From Takakia lepidozioides (taxonomy: Eukaryota > Plantae > Bryophyta), in the NCBI GenBank assembly GCA_030704615.1, contig CM060734.1:5146001-5210000 (forward strand): a stretch of 64,000 bases of DNA, in the 5' to 3' direction. The notes under the pieces are model-generated. The model was given only the letters and a program-made list of their open reading frames with translations. It ran no database searches and was not told the DNA's origin. The translations under genes and the position numbers were made by a program. Positions 48,801-63,468 of this stretch are shown here, piece after piece; within the stretch, counting starts at the first letter, position 1, and each line of letters starts with the position of its first letter.

Positions 48801-51108
48801 ACCTCCAGCAGCACTTCTGCCACGCCAGGGGCCGTGGCACCAATGCGTGGTCTCTCCCTTATAGGGAAGAGCCAATAAAAACACAGCATGTATTAGCTTT
48901 TAATCACATTAGTATTACCTTATGATTACCTTCTGATCCTGTGATTGGTTATGTTTTAGGATCTAATCTTATCTTAACTTTAATTATGGAGCTTATCTCA
49001 AGTTAGCTTGATAATATGTGCTAGCCTTTATGGTGCACTGCACATTTATTAAGGGAAAATCAATGAAGAAGGGAGTAAACATTTGGTAACAAATAACACT
49101 CTACATTTGCTAGTGTTTGCTAGTGTGCACAAGTAGGGAAGTAAAATTTTCTTAACATTTAAGTATGATTTATCCAGGACAGACTGTAGTTTGTAGTTTG
49201 GTGCATGTTTGAATGTGGCAGGGCAGATCTGTGCATGTTTGGGCACAGCGTTCATGGTGGATTTGCCTCACCTTGGAGCCCCGGGATAACTTATAGGCCA
49301 CTCTTGGCCATGTACTGTTCTGCCTCCCGCTTCTCCCTAGTTAATGCTCCGCATCTCATCCCATCGTTTTTGTAAGTTGGTGGCTTGCTTGTAATTTGAC
49401 TCCACAATTAGGTGGACGTTGGTAGTTGGGATTGTAAATTGTAATTGCTTTCTTGCTGTGTGAGGATTTGGGTTTTTCTGTTTTAAGATGGCTTGGCGAG
49501 TTTAAACCGATTGGCTGCTGATCTGATCTTCAATAGCAAGATGCAGGTAGCTCTAGACGAATCAATCACTGCGCCTCCTGATCTTTAGCTGTCTAGGCAT
49601 AGCTGATGATGGTTTAGCTTGATGCAATTGGCGATTTTTTAAAGGGCTAAATAGTCGACTCTACATTCATGAGCATTGACTACCATTTCATGGATATTAA
49701 ATATCAGATTGAAATGAATTCCCAAGCCTTCATGAGATCAACCTCCCTACCTCTTGACCCACGAGTACTAATTACGAGGACAGGCCCAATGCTCGGAGCC
49801 CTACTTGTGCGGCGCTTCAGACAGTCAGTGGGACCCTTACTATCGTTCAGACAAGTGTTGAACCCAGGCAAAGGAAAGAAAGGCTGCATATCAAATCCAA
49901 ACCATCCCTGATCATAGCAAGCACTTGGCATAGAGGGGGCTTTCAACCCATGTAGTTGGGTGTGTCTCTGTGCATGCCTCCAGATTCAGACGTTAGAGAC
50001 CAGAATATCCAGCAAGAGAATAATATAGGCTGAAAATGGTGGTGTGTTTTCTGTGCTGACCATAACTCCCGACCCTTGAATAGATCATCAGTGTATAGGG
50101 GGTTGGGTGTGTACTACATTCCATGACCCACCACAACGTTATACCACAAATTCCAAGACCACTACCGTCGTATGAATCACACAGTAGGTACATCAAAACT
50201 GGGTTGAAGCTCTCATGACAGGATAAATACCGTCAACGCACAGGAATCGAGGAGGAACATCGGATGTCCAAAATGGCCGGACTGAGAGGAAGGTGAGCTC
50301 AAATGGATAACTAGCCAAGCTAGGGGAAATCAAATTGGTCCCGAAGCTTCAGAGCTAGCAGTAAAAAAAATATCGTCATTTTTGAGCACATTGCCACAGC
50401 ATCCAAATCAGATAGAAGCACTCGACAAATGAAGAATCATAGATGTTTACTCGTCATAAAGACATGAAAAGAATAGGCAAACAGGTGAACCCAGAAGAAA
50501 AAATTGGTGCAAACTCGTGTATGACTAACAGATCGTGATCGCTGACTAAACCCTATAGACACGCTGAAATTGGGGCTAGTAGAAGATACAGATCTACCTA
50601 TGAACGATACATTCAGAAAATACCTTCTGGCACCCAAACTCCTGAGGTATTTCAACAACATCGCAACAAATATGAAGACATTATTTAAACAATCAGTAGC
50701 TACGAAGCTGATTGTCAGACGTCTCCTCCCCCCTCCCCATGCGACTGTAGAGGCTGGCCCAGGGTAATTTTACTGTCATCCTGGTGAAAGGCTTTGGGGC
50801 TGGAATTCTGTGACTCAATTGAGCTGTAACATCACACTCTTGCCAGTGCAGATTTTCAGATACTACAAGCACTTGCAGAACACCTATAGAATTATTTTTC
50901 TTCATACACTCATCCACCTCGTGGATGCTGAAAGGCCTGAACCTTCACTCAGCCTGCTTGATGATGCTGCTTGACAAACAATACGTCCACCGAAAGGGAC
51001 TGTATCACAGCATATAATGTGGGTTTGATGTAGGATTTGCCTTGTATGGGCCCCATCTTCACGATGAAATGAACGACCACCAACTGTGTGCCACTCTCCT
51101 TGTAGGAT

Positions 51109-53712
51109 CTAACCAGCCAGCTCATCCACAACACCTGGCGCCTTTACCTTGTATCTGTATACTGCGAGTTTCTTCTTCCTTGTAGCAGTGTTGTCGATGG
51201 TGATAACCAGCTTCCCTGCCTCCTGTGACTTGAAAGTGTTGTGGATGGGCTCCTCAGATGTTACAATCTTCTTAGTCTTCTCAACAATTATGTCAAATGA
51301 AGCTGCTGAGCTTGTGGCGAATTCCACACCATAGCCTATGTCCCAACCAATCACTGCAAGGTCCCACACTGCTGCCGTTCCAGCCTGTCATTGCATCAAC
51401 ATAGAACAAATAAATGAACAAATTTGCACCAGAGGAGAGATGAGCACCCTGGAAGAACAGATCAAAAGCTGTTCAATCATAATTGAATCCAAGATTGAGG
51501 CAGGATCCTACCGCATCAATGGGAATCTCAATTGTCTCCTTGCCCCCAGCTTTAATGACGAACTCGGTTGTGGTAGCATAACTTCCTCCATACTCTGTGT
51601 CATTTGGCCCGCTCAAACCTCCATACTGGACTGGTACATACTCAGGTGAAATGAACCTGCATACACAGAATCAAAACGATTCAGCATACTGGAGTATCCG
51701 ATACACACATTACCAACCTCCGCGGTACGAATCGAAACAATTGAATCTGGATTCAAGTGTCCTATGCTACGTCTAGATATCGTGCTCTACAAGCTGCATT
51801 TCATCGACAGCAACAGCTTCACTGCTCTCTGCACCTGACATCTCTCGGTGCAGGCTACTCTACCAACTAGTTCCATAAGTTAATAAATAGGGACAAGAGT
51901 CAACTTCTGCTCATGAGAACGTCTCCCAAATCCTGGCAGGAACTTTCCTTCTCGGAAGAAAATACCCTTGAAAGGCCCAGTGAAAAATCTTACTTGAAAA
52001 GAGACTGCGGAACTTGCCCAGTACGGGCCACAACAAACTTGCTCTTTGTCCTTTGAGTGACGAAGGGACTGTAAAACGCATATAGAGCACTGAAGTACCA
52101 TGGGACGTTGATGAAAACCTGCATCAAGTACAGTTCTCTTGATTATAGCTAACATTTTCAGGACACAAACTTCCACATTTCGCTTCCTTCACGAAGTTTG
52201 CACTTCTCCTAACAAAAACCTGCAACTGTACGATTACCTTTGACTAACAGATTTATTGTTTTGCTCGGATTCCCTTGATTCCCGCATCACGACTTATATT
52301 CAATTCACGTGAGCAATATACGAGGCTCCCAAATCATTACAACGAACGATACTGAACATGACTTCAGGCAGTTGGACGTTCCCAAAACTATCTGTGTTCA
52401 ACAATCCTCTGCCTACAAGGTCTATCAAAACAGGGAAGAACTTGCAAACTGGAATCTTGTCTGGCAGCTTCGTTGTTCAAATTCACATCCATCCTCAACA
52501 CCGCATTACCTTTTTCACAACCAGTTCCGGGTAATTATCCTGCAACAGCACCAGAGCCTCATTTGTAGCTATCCTCAGTTCTTTCTTGGTAGGGGAGAAA
52601 AATGGGAAGTTCTTGAGATCTGTGATTTGCACCATGGCGCTGACACCGCCAGGGCTGAAGTTCAGCTGTTGAATGCCCTTCTCAAGAACCTGGACTCTCC
52701 AGCGTAAAAACCGATTAATATTCGCCGCATCCCCGAACGTCTTCTGGTAGAGCTCCTTATCCTGGAAGGCGTCATATACATTGTAACAGACCGGATGACC
52801 TTCCTTGTCAACTCCACAGTTGTAGGCCACTCCGTCGAGCTCAGATCCAAAATCCTCGTCTAGAAGACTGTTAGTCTTGAAAGTTTTTCTCCAAATAATG
52901 GTGTTCTTGAGCATACTGAAGGCTTCATTAACCTTGAAATCTCTGGCGCGTAGAAACTTCAGTAAGATTACATCTGTTCGCTCATCCCCCTTGGTGTGGA
53001 GCAAAGGGACGCCCCACAGAGCTACATCTTCAGGGATACTCTCATCTTGCTCTTCAACTACAGTCTCCTTGGAAACCTCTGTCTCGGCAGAGACCGCCTC
53101 CTTCGTCTCAGTCTCAGTGGGCACAGCTTCTTTGGTTTCTGTCTCTGGTGTCACGACAGATACATCGGCCTCGGGAGCAGGAGTTACAGCATCCACCACT
53201 GGAGTAGGCTCCGCAACTGCAGGAGTCTCGGCCACGGCTCCAGGTGCTGCAGCAGGAACTGCTTCGAGTTCAGAAGCAGGAGCTGCAGGCTCTGTTACGG
53301 CAGCATCAGCACTGTCAGCAACTTCACCTGATGGCTCTGCAACACACTTAGCGGATTGCTCAGCACCCTCAACAGCCGTCACGGGCTCAGTCTCAGCCTT
53401 AACTTCAGGCTTGGGGGGAACAGCGAACTCGTTAGCTTTGATTGCGGCCTCTATCTTCTCCTTGAACTCCTGGAGAGCCTTCTTCTCCGACTCCTTCAAC
53501 TCGGTGACGAAGTATGTCTCCTCCTTGAAGGAAGGAAGACTGGGCTCCACCTGTGTAGCAGACAGGTCTTTCTCAACAGCATTGGCATCAGTAGCAGGCT
53601 CCTCAGCCTTGGCTGCTTCCTTCTCCCCATGAACGGATTTCACAGCCTCAGCCACCACGGACTCAGCGGTAGGCGTGGGAGCAACCGTCTCTTCTGCCTC
53701 AGGGGTGGCCAT
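51109..53712 (-). CDS. PATL: Patellin (Sec14/CRAL-TRIO plus GOLD), 4 exons, about 582 aa
   Basis: Exons 53712-52510, 52118-51994, 51656-51512 and 51384-51109 with GT-AG boundaries and consistent phases. Motifs SFKEET, LWGVPLL, DVILLKFLRARDFKV, QDNYPE, FINVPW, VPVQYGGL and a GOLD region WDLAVIGW...GKLVITIDN. Confidence 0.95.
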
Positions 53713-55736
53713 CTCTGATTCCCAACCTTTTCTACAGCAAGCCGCCTTCCACTCAAGACCTCGCACCTACTTCACCTGTTCAACGCCTCTCGTCTCTGCA
53801 GCTATTCCAAACTCACTTCACCGCCTCCTACACCCTGCACCTCTCTCCGCGCAACAAAAAGCAGTCACCGGCCTCCACCATACAGCCTACACCCCCAACC
53901 TCTTCCTCTTCCCGCCTACAGAATGCAAGCAACAGATTCAGCTCCTGTACTCTCAGGCACCTCCCAACACCTCCCAACGCCCCTTCCACAGCGTCACAGG
54001 TGCTCTCAACAACAGCAGTGGGCAGCGGGCATGCACACTATAAGCGAGCCGGTGAGAAGGAAATAGACAGCGGGGGCGAGAAGAGGGGGTGACCACATGG
54101 AGCGGGGGCGGACGCAGCGTCAGACGGGCATGTGCGGCAGGACAGGCGAGGCGGCCCCACCGCCAAGCCCTCGCCAGCTGTTTGTTTCGCCACCTGCCGG
54201 CACCCTGGCGAAAACCTGGCAAAACTGATGCTAATATCTGGCGAAACCCCTCTCTCTTTTGCTCTTGTCGCTGTTCGGCGGCCTCTTGCTTTTCTTTTCT
54301 TTTTTTTTCAAGAAAGGGGTCAGAGGCCCTGCAAAAACTTTATTGGAGTGGCAAAATGAGAACAGAGAGGAGGAAAAGATAACCTCATCTTCTTTAGCAA
54401 TCCCCGCCCCCACCCCCCCTCCCCCCCCCCAACTCCAGTGCTGGGTGTTCCCCATGCGATACGCCTTTACTGCCTCTTGCTATTTTCATACTAGCGCTCT
54501 TTCTACGTCTTTTAATTTAATTTACGTCTTCGTGTTTTGGTCGGCGCAACTATCAGATATTTGTCGTAATTATTTACAAAATACTCCACCGCAGTCGGTA
54601 GTTCGACACTGCCACCCAGGTGATTCCGGGCTCAAATCCTGCTACCTTGTCTTGTCTGGTATTATTATCTGTTTTCGTGGCCTGGCTATAAATCAAAGGG
54701 GGTTATTTTCCCCCCTCCTCTGAATTGTGAGCTCCTTTGGGAGGGGGAAAAAAATTCCCTTAAAAATCTATTATGAATAATTTGTTTTTGAATTGTGACT
54801 TGAAATTGTGATTGCAGTGGAATTTGAGAAAGTTGCAGAGGGAAAAGAATTCAGGAATATGTTATCCCTGAAGGGTTAGGCAGAAGGGCCCATGATCCTA
54901 CGATCCTACCTCATATTCATTTATGAGGCCCAACTGATCACATGTCGCATTCTTTTTTGAGATGGCACTCCCACCAACTTGGCGCGATAATGTTTTTCTT
55001 ACACCCCCCCCTTCTTTTTCTTCTACCGGCATCCATACTAGGGAAGGGGCCCTGCTAAATTGGGGAAGCCATTTCGGCGCATTCCTGAGCGTAAGGGGCT
55101 TGATGCTGATGTCGCAGAGCATGATCGGGGAAAATTCACAAACACTTTCAGTAAGGAAGTTCATGAGGATCTTCCCCGGCCTCTAACATAGGGAAGAAAA
55201 ATCAGCACCAGCCCTTTTGCAGTTACCTGCATCGGAAGTGAGGCTTCCAGAGACGTGTTTTTCACGGTAAGTAGCGGACCATCTGTAAATAAACGAATCC
55301 GCTCACTTCTGACTTCTTCTGTCATCACTTCTGTATTTGGAGGATGCACCTCGTCACACTACAGTCTATCAACCGGATGAGAATCTTCGCTCGACCCTAG
55401 TCACTCCAAGTGACCAGCAGTAGGTATCGAGCCTCCATCTCCGATATTGTTCCACCGACCAACTCAAACTGTTGACGCCATGTGCCCAGAAAATGCAATT
55501 TATACACATATGCGCGACATTTCCGATGGTGTCCAAGTGCATTCCTACAATCTCGCTCATTCTTTGCAGATTCATGCCCCACCTATTTCCCTGCTCTGAG
55601 GATTCAATATTCTATGTCCCATAATTTTATTTGTTTTTCTATTTTTTCCCAATAATATAACCAGCTTTGTATTTTTCTTAAATAATCTAAATGGCCTAAC
55701 TTTTATCAATGATACTTTTGCGGCAAAGGGGATGCC

Positions 55737-56821
55737 TAGGGAATTCCAAAAAGGCCTTGATGTGAAATGCATCGCAATTCACTTGATCACCCCCTAAAAG
55801 TGCGCAATTCAATTGAATTGTCAGCACACGATTCAATTGAATTGCGAATTGGCAATTCAATTGAATTGCTGACTACAATTCAATTGAATTGTAATCTATA
55901 ATTTTTAACTTATTTTTGTATATAATATATAATATATATGTACATGTATATATTCAAATTATATTTATACACATATAAGAGTATAAGCTAAAAATACATG
56001 TTGCCCGTCTATTCTTGCTGGCCCTCTTGCTTGTGCCCTTGAGAAAATTGTGGAGTTGTGAAGCCACCCTCAGAGAAAGGGAGATCTAGAGACGGAGACA
56101 GATCAACAGCTTCCTGTGATTCACTGGCAAAAGAAACATGGCTAGCTCCGAAAAAAACTGACAAAATCAAACCTGACAATTGATGAAAGGCTTCCTTGCA
56201 TCACCATGTAATCCCCTAAGGCTAGTATCTGGCCAGGACAAAGAAAACAAAAAATATGTTCATCTTGAGAATTATCAAAAATTTCGATACCCTTACAAAG
56301 GTATCATGTTGAAGTTGGGATGTGTGTTCTATATTTAAGTTTAATATATCAAACTCTTACACGTTGATACTCTTACATTGGTATCATGTTTGGTATATGT
56401 ACATAGCCATATATTAGCACCAACATCCACAAAGAGAGACAATCCCGCTTTTACAAGCTACTTCGTGACTTCCTCTCTCGCTCTCCCTTAGGCTTATCTT
56501 GGGCTCAAGCCTTACCACGGGCAAAGGATTGACAGACGGACAGCAAGAATAGACGGGCAACATGTATTTTTAGCTTATACCTGTGTATGTATATATGTAT
56601 AATTTAAATATATACATATATATATATATAATATATACAGAAATAAGTTAAAAATTATAGATTACAATTCAATTGAATTGCCAACTAGCGATTCAATTGA
56701 ATTGCAAATTAGGGTTAGTTCAATTGAATTGCCCTTGCAATTCAATTGAATTGCGCACTTTTAGGGGGTGATCAAGTGAATTGCGATGTATTTCACATCA
56801 AGGCCTTTTTGGAATTCCCTA
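55737..56821. mobile_element. Non-autonomous foldback/MITE-like element with about 280-bp TIRs (TAGGG...CCCTA)
   Basis: Long inverted arms at about 55737-56020 and 56541-56821. Flanking direct repeat GATGCC at 55731-55736 and 56822-56827. Confidence 0.88.
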
Positions 56822-57027
56822 GATGCCGATGGTCAATAACTTGCAAGTTGGCAAGCGAGAGTTGACGTGATGGTGTCGCAGCAGACTGAACAACATGTAC
56901 ACATACGTGCCGGACAGTACATGTGTGAGTTTGAGCCCCGGACCATCCCATTTGTGGCCCAGCAGCCCTATGAAATTTTTTTTTATAGCTTTATGGGGCT
57001 GGTTATAGAGCAGAATGGGGGGTAATA

Positions 57028-57837
57028 CAGTCAAACCTGGATAAATGTTACCTCTTTTTTTGTTATATCATCTTAAATGTTATGGTTTTCTTACTCTGTA
57101 AAAATATACATTAAGAATGACAAAAAGAGTGTTATTTGTTATTTGTTATTGAATACCTACTCTCCTCTTTGTGAAGACACCTCTGTAATTGTTACATTTA
57201 ATAAAATAATAATAATAAAATAATAATGGTACTAGTATTCAAATTCAAATTCAAATTCGCTATTGAAATGGGCATTTGAACTATTGAAATGGCCAAATGG
57301 CTGCACTCGGTCCATCATGACATTGACTCGCCTACTACGGCGCCTACTATGGATGCTCTAGGATACCTCGAATTTGAAGATCAATTCAATTTGAGTGAGC
57401 CATTTGAGCCGACAGATGAAGAAATATGGGATATGGTTGCACCAAGTGAAGAAATCCATGAGGACGATGAAGAAGAATTAGTAGCCCTGGATGTACCTTC
57501 AGTCTCTTACTCTGAGGTCAAAAGGGCTGTAGAAACGGTTCATTTGTATCTTGCACAACACACTTACGATATTGGTGCTACTCTTTCAAAGTGTTTATCC
57601 ATGGATAAGGAATTGCATCTTGCTAAACAGACGAACTACTCGCAGAGAGATATTACGTCATATTTTCTGCCCTCTCTCTAAATGTTATCTTGCAGTTGAA
57701 AGACCTGTTTTAATGTTAAATATTTAATTGTTACGTTATGAAATTTCAACCTGTTTTACTATTATTTGATATAACTGCCTTATTTTAAACTATAGAGTTC
57801 CTACTCTTGGAGCATAACAATTATCCAGGTTTGACCG
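57028..57837 (+). mobile_element. pogo/Tc1-mariner deletion derivative with transposase C-terminal tail
   Basis: TA|CAGTCAAACCTGGATAA...TTATCCAGGTTTGACCG termini. ORF 57289-57681 has an acidic tail ending in the PIP-box-like QRDITSYF. Confidence 0.8.
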
Positions 57838-60720
57838 ACATGTGAGCTTCCCCCTGGGTGGGAGCTTACTTACACTAAAGAACCCTCCAATGCGGGGAAA
57901 AACATGTAATGCTCATCCAGCCGTTGGATCTATGGCATAGATCCAAAATTTCATAGGGCTTTACGCAGGGTGAGGCATTATCCCGCGGGGCTTCTAGTAC
58001 CTCGCCCTTATAATCCTCGGGGCTCCGCCCTCGTACAGGGCCTCGGCACTGGAAGCCCCTCGGATAGTGCCTCACCCTATACCTAAAAACCTCCAAATAT
58101 TTTTCCACTATATTTTTGGAGGGCAATTTCGTTTTTCCTTGGGTGTTCATGGTTACGGGGTGAAGCCCATGGGCTTATCGCCATAATCAGATCTGAACCG
58201 TCCAGAAGACATCGATGGTTCAAAAAATATTTTGAGTTTTTTTACATGAGGTAAAATCCTCGATGTAGGACTTCACCTAATACATAACTGCCCATCGAAC
58301 TGTATCCTTCTTCGAAAATGCAGAGTTGCAAAAGGTCGTGCAGAAAATTAGGACTCAACTGAGGAAAATGAAGTTGTTTCTTTTTCCTTGAATTGCTGTT
58401 TTCATTTTTTTGGGGGGGGGGTTATTTGGGATTATTAGGAGGAAAAATATTACTGAAGTTGGGGGAGCAGAAATGTGAAGATATATGTGCAGGATAATCC
58501 AGGCAGGGCGGGCCAGCTGGTGAAAGGTTAATAATGTGATGGGTGCCCTGCCAAGCTCGGCTGGCGATGAGATAGGGAGTCGCATCCGCTTTCTGGGTGC
58601 TGCTGACAGTGCCCACCTGCTCGCACTAACTTATGTGTGTTGGATCGGTCTCTTCTCGAAAAGGAGGCCCAGGAATCCAATGTTGAGATGTGGATTCATA
58701 GTTTCGTAGCATGAAGGGGTGCGGGATTGCAGACACCCGTTAGCCTGTGACTCGAGTGTTCGTATATTGAACTACAGGCCAATCAATCATTTGGATTTAT
58801 GAAAGTTGGCGTTGCTACATGTGCTTGTGTTAGGACAACCCTTGAAACGAGGTGAATCCTTCAATGTTGCAGGAGCCATGAGACTACGAAACCAGTCACT
58901 GGATATCAATTCATGTGGCCCCCTGGATCTTCTGATATTTATGATTTCTTGTGACACATTTGTGGATACGAACAGCCAACGTGAGAAAATGCTACACCTT
59001 CTGAGCTCGTATTTCTATTTTGTTGGGGCATTTAAAAGGAGTAGGGTTCATTCAAGTGAATCATTCATGGTAGTCACGAACACTCTGGGGTGTGTCCAAT
59101 TTCAACTGAGCTGTAACGTTCCGGACTGTAAGTTCAACCCATATATTCATTAAGACACTTGCATATATTCTCAGGTCGTACACTAGTGGGCTCTAGATTC
59201 CAAATTACAGTTCAGCACCTTCTGAACCCATGAATAAGTCTTAGAATTTACTTCAGAATGTTGCTGCAATTTGTACAAGAACAAGCCTTTATTTTTCTAA
59301 TAAGTTTGATTGTAAATTTGTGAGGATATGAAGCATGACCCCCCTTCAATGCCCCCCATCTTCAGACAATGAATAACCCATGGATATTTGACCCCTTGCC
59401 CTCAATATTTAATAGGTAAAGCTCACATGTCATGTTGATGGTCCCAAAGAGGGGGCCCAAACATAGCAAGTGTAAAGGCGGAAGGCATCCATCCTTCCTC
59501 CACACTGGCGCCCACAACGTGGCTATTCTGGCACTACCTTTTATACCCGATTCGTCCTTTATAGCCCCCCCCCCCCCAGTGTTTTGAAGGGCTACAAGAC
59601 AGCCATCACCCTACGTCAGCCCCCGGAAGCTGAATGAAACCTATTAACCGTCCTCGAATTGAATGAATGAAATTTATGGCCCTGATATTGAGCTGTAAAT
59701 GAACGGATGAATCATCAAAGCTTTGATGGATGTAAGTCCCCGATGGGCGGACGACATTCATTCTCCCTGTTCGTCCAGATCAGGGACCCAACAGAAAGGC
59801 AGGCAGAGCAGCATGGCGCACGTGCGGGATGGGAGCGTTGGAGGAGGGAGGGAGGGAGGGAGGGAGGGAGGGAGGGCGGGCGGGGGAGTAAAGAGGCTCA
59901 CGTTCATGGGTGCTTGCTGCTGGCTGGCCTCTTTATGCCCTTTATGGCCCTCCTCCTTCTCCCTCCTCACTCTCTGCCTCACATTTTGGCCCTCTAATTT
60001 CGGTTTCGTCAGTTTCATCCATCAGTTTGGGAATTACAGTCTGCCCTGGATAAATGTTAACGTAGAAAAAAAAAAACCATTTAGACAAGGTTAACACATT
60101 AACAATTTATGAAGGGGTTAGTTGTAGCACATTAACATTTACAGAATGTAACATTTAACAAATGTAAAAATCATGAAAATAACACTTATGAAATAAAGTG
60201 TAATATACCCCTCCAAACCCAGATATCAAAAGATCAAGAACGGACCAACAAGCAAGCCAGCACCACTCTACCTTTGCAGCGACCTGGGGGAGAGATGGGA
60301 TTATCTGCCACAACGCCTCCCCTGACCAGCTTCTCCCCTGACCACTGCGATTGGAACAAGCTGCCTCCAAGGGCCTGGAGGAAAGTCCGTGGTACCGTCC
60401 ACCACCTCGCCGGAGTTTGACAGGGATGTCAATTGGAAGCACATCAAGCAGTCATCAAAGGCCTCCAGGCTCAACTTCCACTAATCATTCAACACAACTA
60501 GCGTACTAAATACGTCTACAAAGGGCTGGCTTCTTGGTTCAAATGTTCTACCATCGGATAGCAGTCCTTAGCTCCCACCCTTAGGGGGATGGAGGGACAC
60601 ACCGATCGAGGGAAAGGTTTCTCTCCAAAGGCCTTAGGCTTGCATAGTTCGTCCGCATAGTCATCCGAGCATCCTTATCCATCCATCCAAAAATAAATTC
60701 ATTCATCCAAAATCAAGTGG

Positions 60721-60980
60721 GTCGCCATACAATAATCATTACAAGGTGTGGCGACTTGCTCGATTCCCCACACCCTGTAATGATTACTGTATGGCGAGGA
60801 GTGGAGGTGGCAGGGAGCGCTCGATTCCCCACACCCTGTAATGATTACTGTATGGCGAGGAGTGGAGGTGGCAGGGAGCGCAAAACAAGCGAGCCCGGGC
60901 ATGAGGACGGGAGCCCAGCCCGGCACTATCCTAAAAAGGCTTGGGAGATAGTATCCTAAAAAGGCTTGGGAGATAGTGTC
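60721..60980. repeat. 30-bp inverted repeat, 61-bp tandem duplication and 24-bp tandem duplication
   Basis: 60722-60750 is inverted relative to about 60768-60797. About 60758-60880 is a two-copy tandem. tatcctaaaaaggcttgggagatag occurs twice. Confidence 0.8.
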
Positions 60981-61729
60981 GAGGCTGGCCAGCTGTCAGT
61001 TAGAGGAAAAATCCTGACTAATGGTTGACCTGATTGGTTTTCTGTTTTTTATGTTCTAACTTTTTTAATGAAAAAGGGCTTGTCATCAACTTAATTAAAA
61101 TGATCTTTCACGTGATGAAATACGGGGAAGCGGCGCGATGTGAGCTCAACGAGCTCCGCGTTTTGCGGTGAGAGAGAGCCCAACAGTCTCTTCGTCTCTC
61201 TCGATTGCCCACCTGTTTGCATGCTTCGTATCCTGCTTCATGGATGCTTCAAGCCATTGTCTCAAATCTACATGGAATCTCAGTGCCACGCTCAAGACGG
61301 AATAGTAAATCTCCCATTCAAAATTTCATCTCACTTGTTTCTCCTTTCATCAGTGGTCAAGTAAGTTCATCTCTACTTCATCCTATGCATGCCCGTGGAC
61401 TAACTCATCATTCAATGGCAAGGTCGGCTCTATAGAGTTGGTGGCCGCCAAAATTTATGATCTGTAAATCGCACGATCTCATGTCAACTTCACCCCTGGT
61501 CGGCTCATGCAACTTCCCCATGCGAACTTCACAGCTCCAACGTCCCCCCCCCCCAACCATCCTCTAACTTGCTCACTGAGGAAACATCTCTACCTCTACT
61601 TCTCTACTACTCCAACTTATACTATCTCCATTCTACTATAGCGCCTCAGCTCAGCCCAATTCAGGTCTCGGGGATACGGTAGCTGAAACAGAGGCAGGGG
61701 CCCCCGGAGAGGGCACTCTAGACAATACT

Positions 61730-63103
61730 CCATGCCTAGGCCTCAGCCCTCAGCGGGAACCGTCTACTTCCTGGCCGAGCTAGGACGCTGGAAGGACTAA
61801 GTCCGCAGCAAGAGTTCACACCAATGCCCATCGCGTTTCCTCTCGCAAGCAGACCTCCACCAGCCCAGCTAAGAATCCTATTTGCAGTGCAAACACAATA
61901 TCCTGAGAGTTGGAAATCACCAAAAAAGGAGGACATCCTGTAGGATCTGAACACTACGCAGGAAGAGCTCAGCGGAGACCACCCACTCATCAAAATGGGC
62001 ATAGCCGATCTCAACAAAAGAGTTTCATGCATGGAGGAGAGCGGAATTCTCGTCCATTTCCCTGGAAAGAAGGTGAGCAGAGCTTTTGTACGAGATTGGG
62101 CCATCAGATACCTGGGAGGAACATGAGAACTAAAATAGCAATTCTGCCATGCCAAAGGTAGAGGATTCTTTTCCATTGTCTTTGAAACACAGGAAGCAGC
62201 TGCAAAAGCCCTTCTCTTCAACCCTCATGTGCAAGGATTCAATGCTAACATCTTTTCTTGGTCTGCAAAACTGGGGAACGGAAATAGAAAGCTCTGGGGC
62301 CCCAAAATAGTCTCATTGCCAGAGAGAGAAGACTCCGGTCCAAAATGGACCGGCACTAAGAGCCACTTCGCCTTGCGGCTACTGCCCTCATTTGGGGGTG
62401 GGCCCTATTCGGGGGTGGTCTCATTGCCATTTATACCAGACCAGTACTTGCTCAATCTTCCAGACATAGCCAATCACTTTGGATATTACCTTGGGTGCCT
62501 TGGGATCTTCGACCTCTTCTTTGCACGAGCATCAAGAAGAACAATGCATGGAAGACAGCCACTATAGCATCAAGACTCAATGAAACAGGATTTGCCAAAA
62601 TGGTGCTCATGATGCCCGAGGAGGCAACCCTACCGGATTTTATTCACCTCCCAATCGATGAGGAAGAAAACTATTTTTCAATAAGGTTAATTCAGGACAC
62701 CACCTCATCTGCCGTTTTCAATTGTGGAGAGCATGGCCACATCAAAGCAGACTGCCCATCGGGCAAAAGAAATCGTTCTCCAGGGATGGAAGAAATAACC
62801 ACCTCACCCCTCCGGATCCACACTACATCCCCCGTATGGGAAACGAAAGACGACCTCCCATTTGGGATAGTTACAAAAACTACAATACCAGGGTCACAAG
62901 TCAACGATCTCCTCCAATTCAGCCATGCCCCTACAAAGAAATTAGGAGCCATAGCAAATCCCATGTATCTGGAAGCAGGAGTATCTCATCCAAATTGGAT
63001 TGATTGCAAGAAAAAACAGAAGGTCACTGACCAGTCTACACCACTACAGGGAAAGGCCTCAAGCCGGAGTTGGACCCCAGGGGCATATACAACACAATGT
63101 TAA
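61730..63103 (+). pseudogene. L1-like LINE ORF1 remnant (DUF4283-like plus CCHC)
   Basis: RGFFSIVFETQEAA, VSLPFIP...IANHFG and FNCGEHGHIKADC, with frameshifts and stops. Confidence 0.7.
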
Positions 63104-63468
63104 CAAGTATTGCCAACAATCCAATTTTGGCCAAAATCTGCCTCAGACTCCAATCCTTCCCCCAACTGGCTTTGGGAGGTTGCTCGCAGTTGGATTCAGA
63201 CGATGATCCCAGGGCCTCATGTGTCACACCCCTGGTTTTCAAAAAATAATAATAATAATAAAATAAAATAAAAGACCCTCCATCCGTCCTTCTCTCCTCA
63301 GTGGAATGCCTCGAGTCACTGTGGATAACTACAAATGATGTTAAACTCTTGATCGTTACATGCTCCCCGAACAGCTACCCAAATCCCATGATCAAGCGCA
63401 AAATTAGAGAATTCTTCAACAACCACCTCAAGCATTACCACCTCTCCTTATCCACAACTGTCACCTGG

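Noticed and set aside
52877-53632. 251-aa Ser/Ala/Thr-rich plus-strand ORF
   Set aside because: Antisense shadow of patellin exon 1.
59840-59885. (GGGA)n tract as a functional G-quadruplex
   Set aside because: Simple microsatellite with no supporting context.
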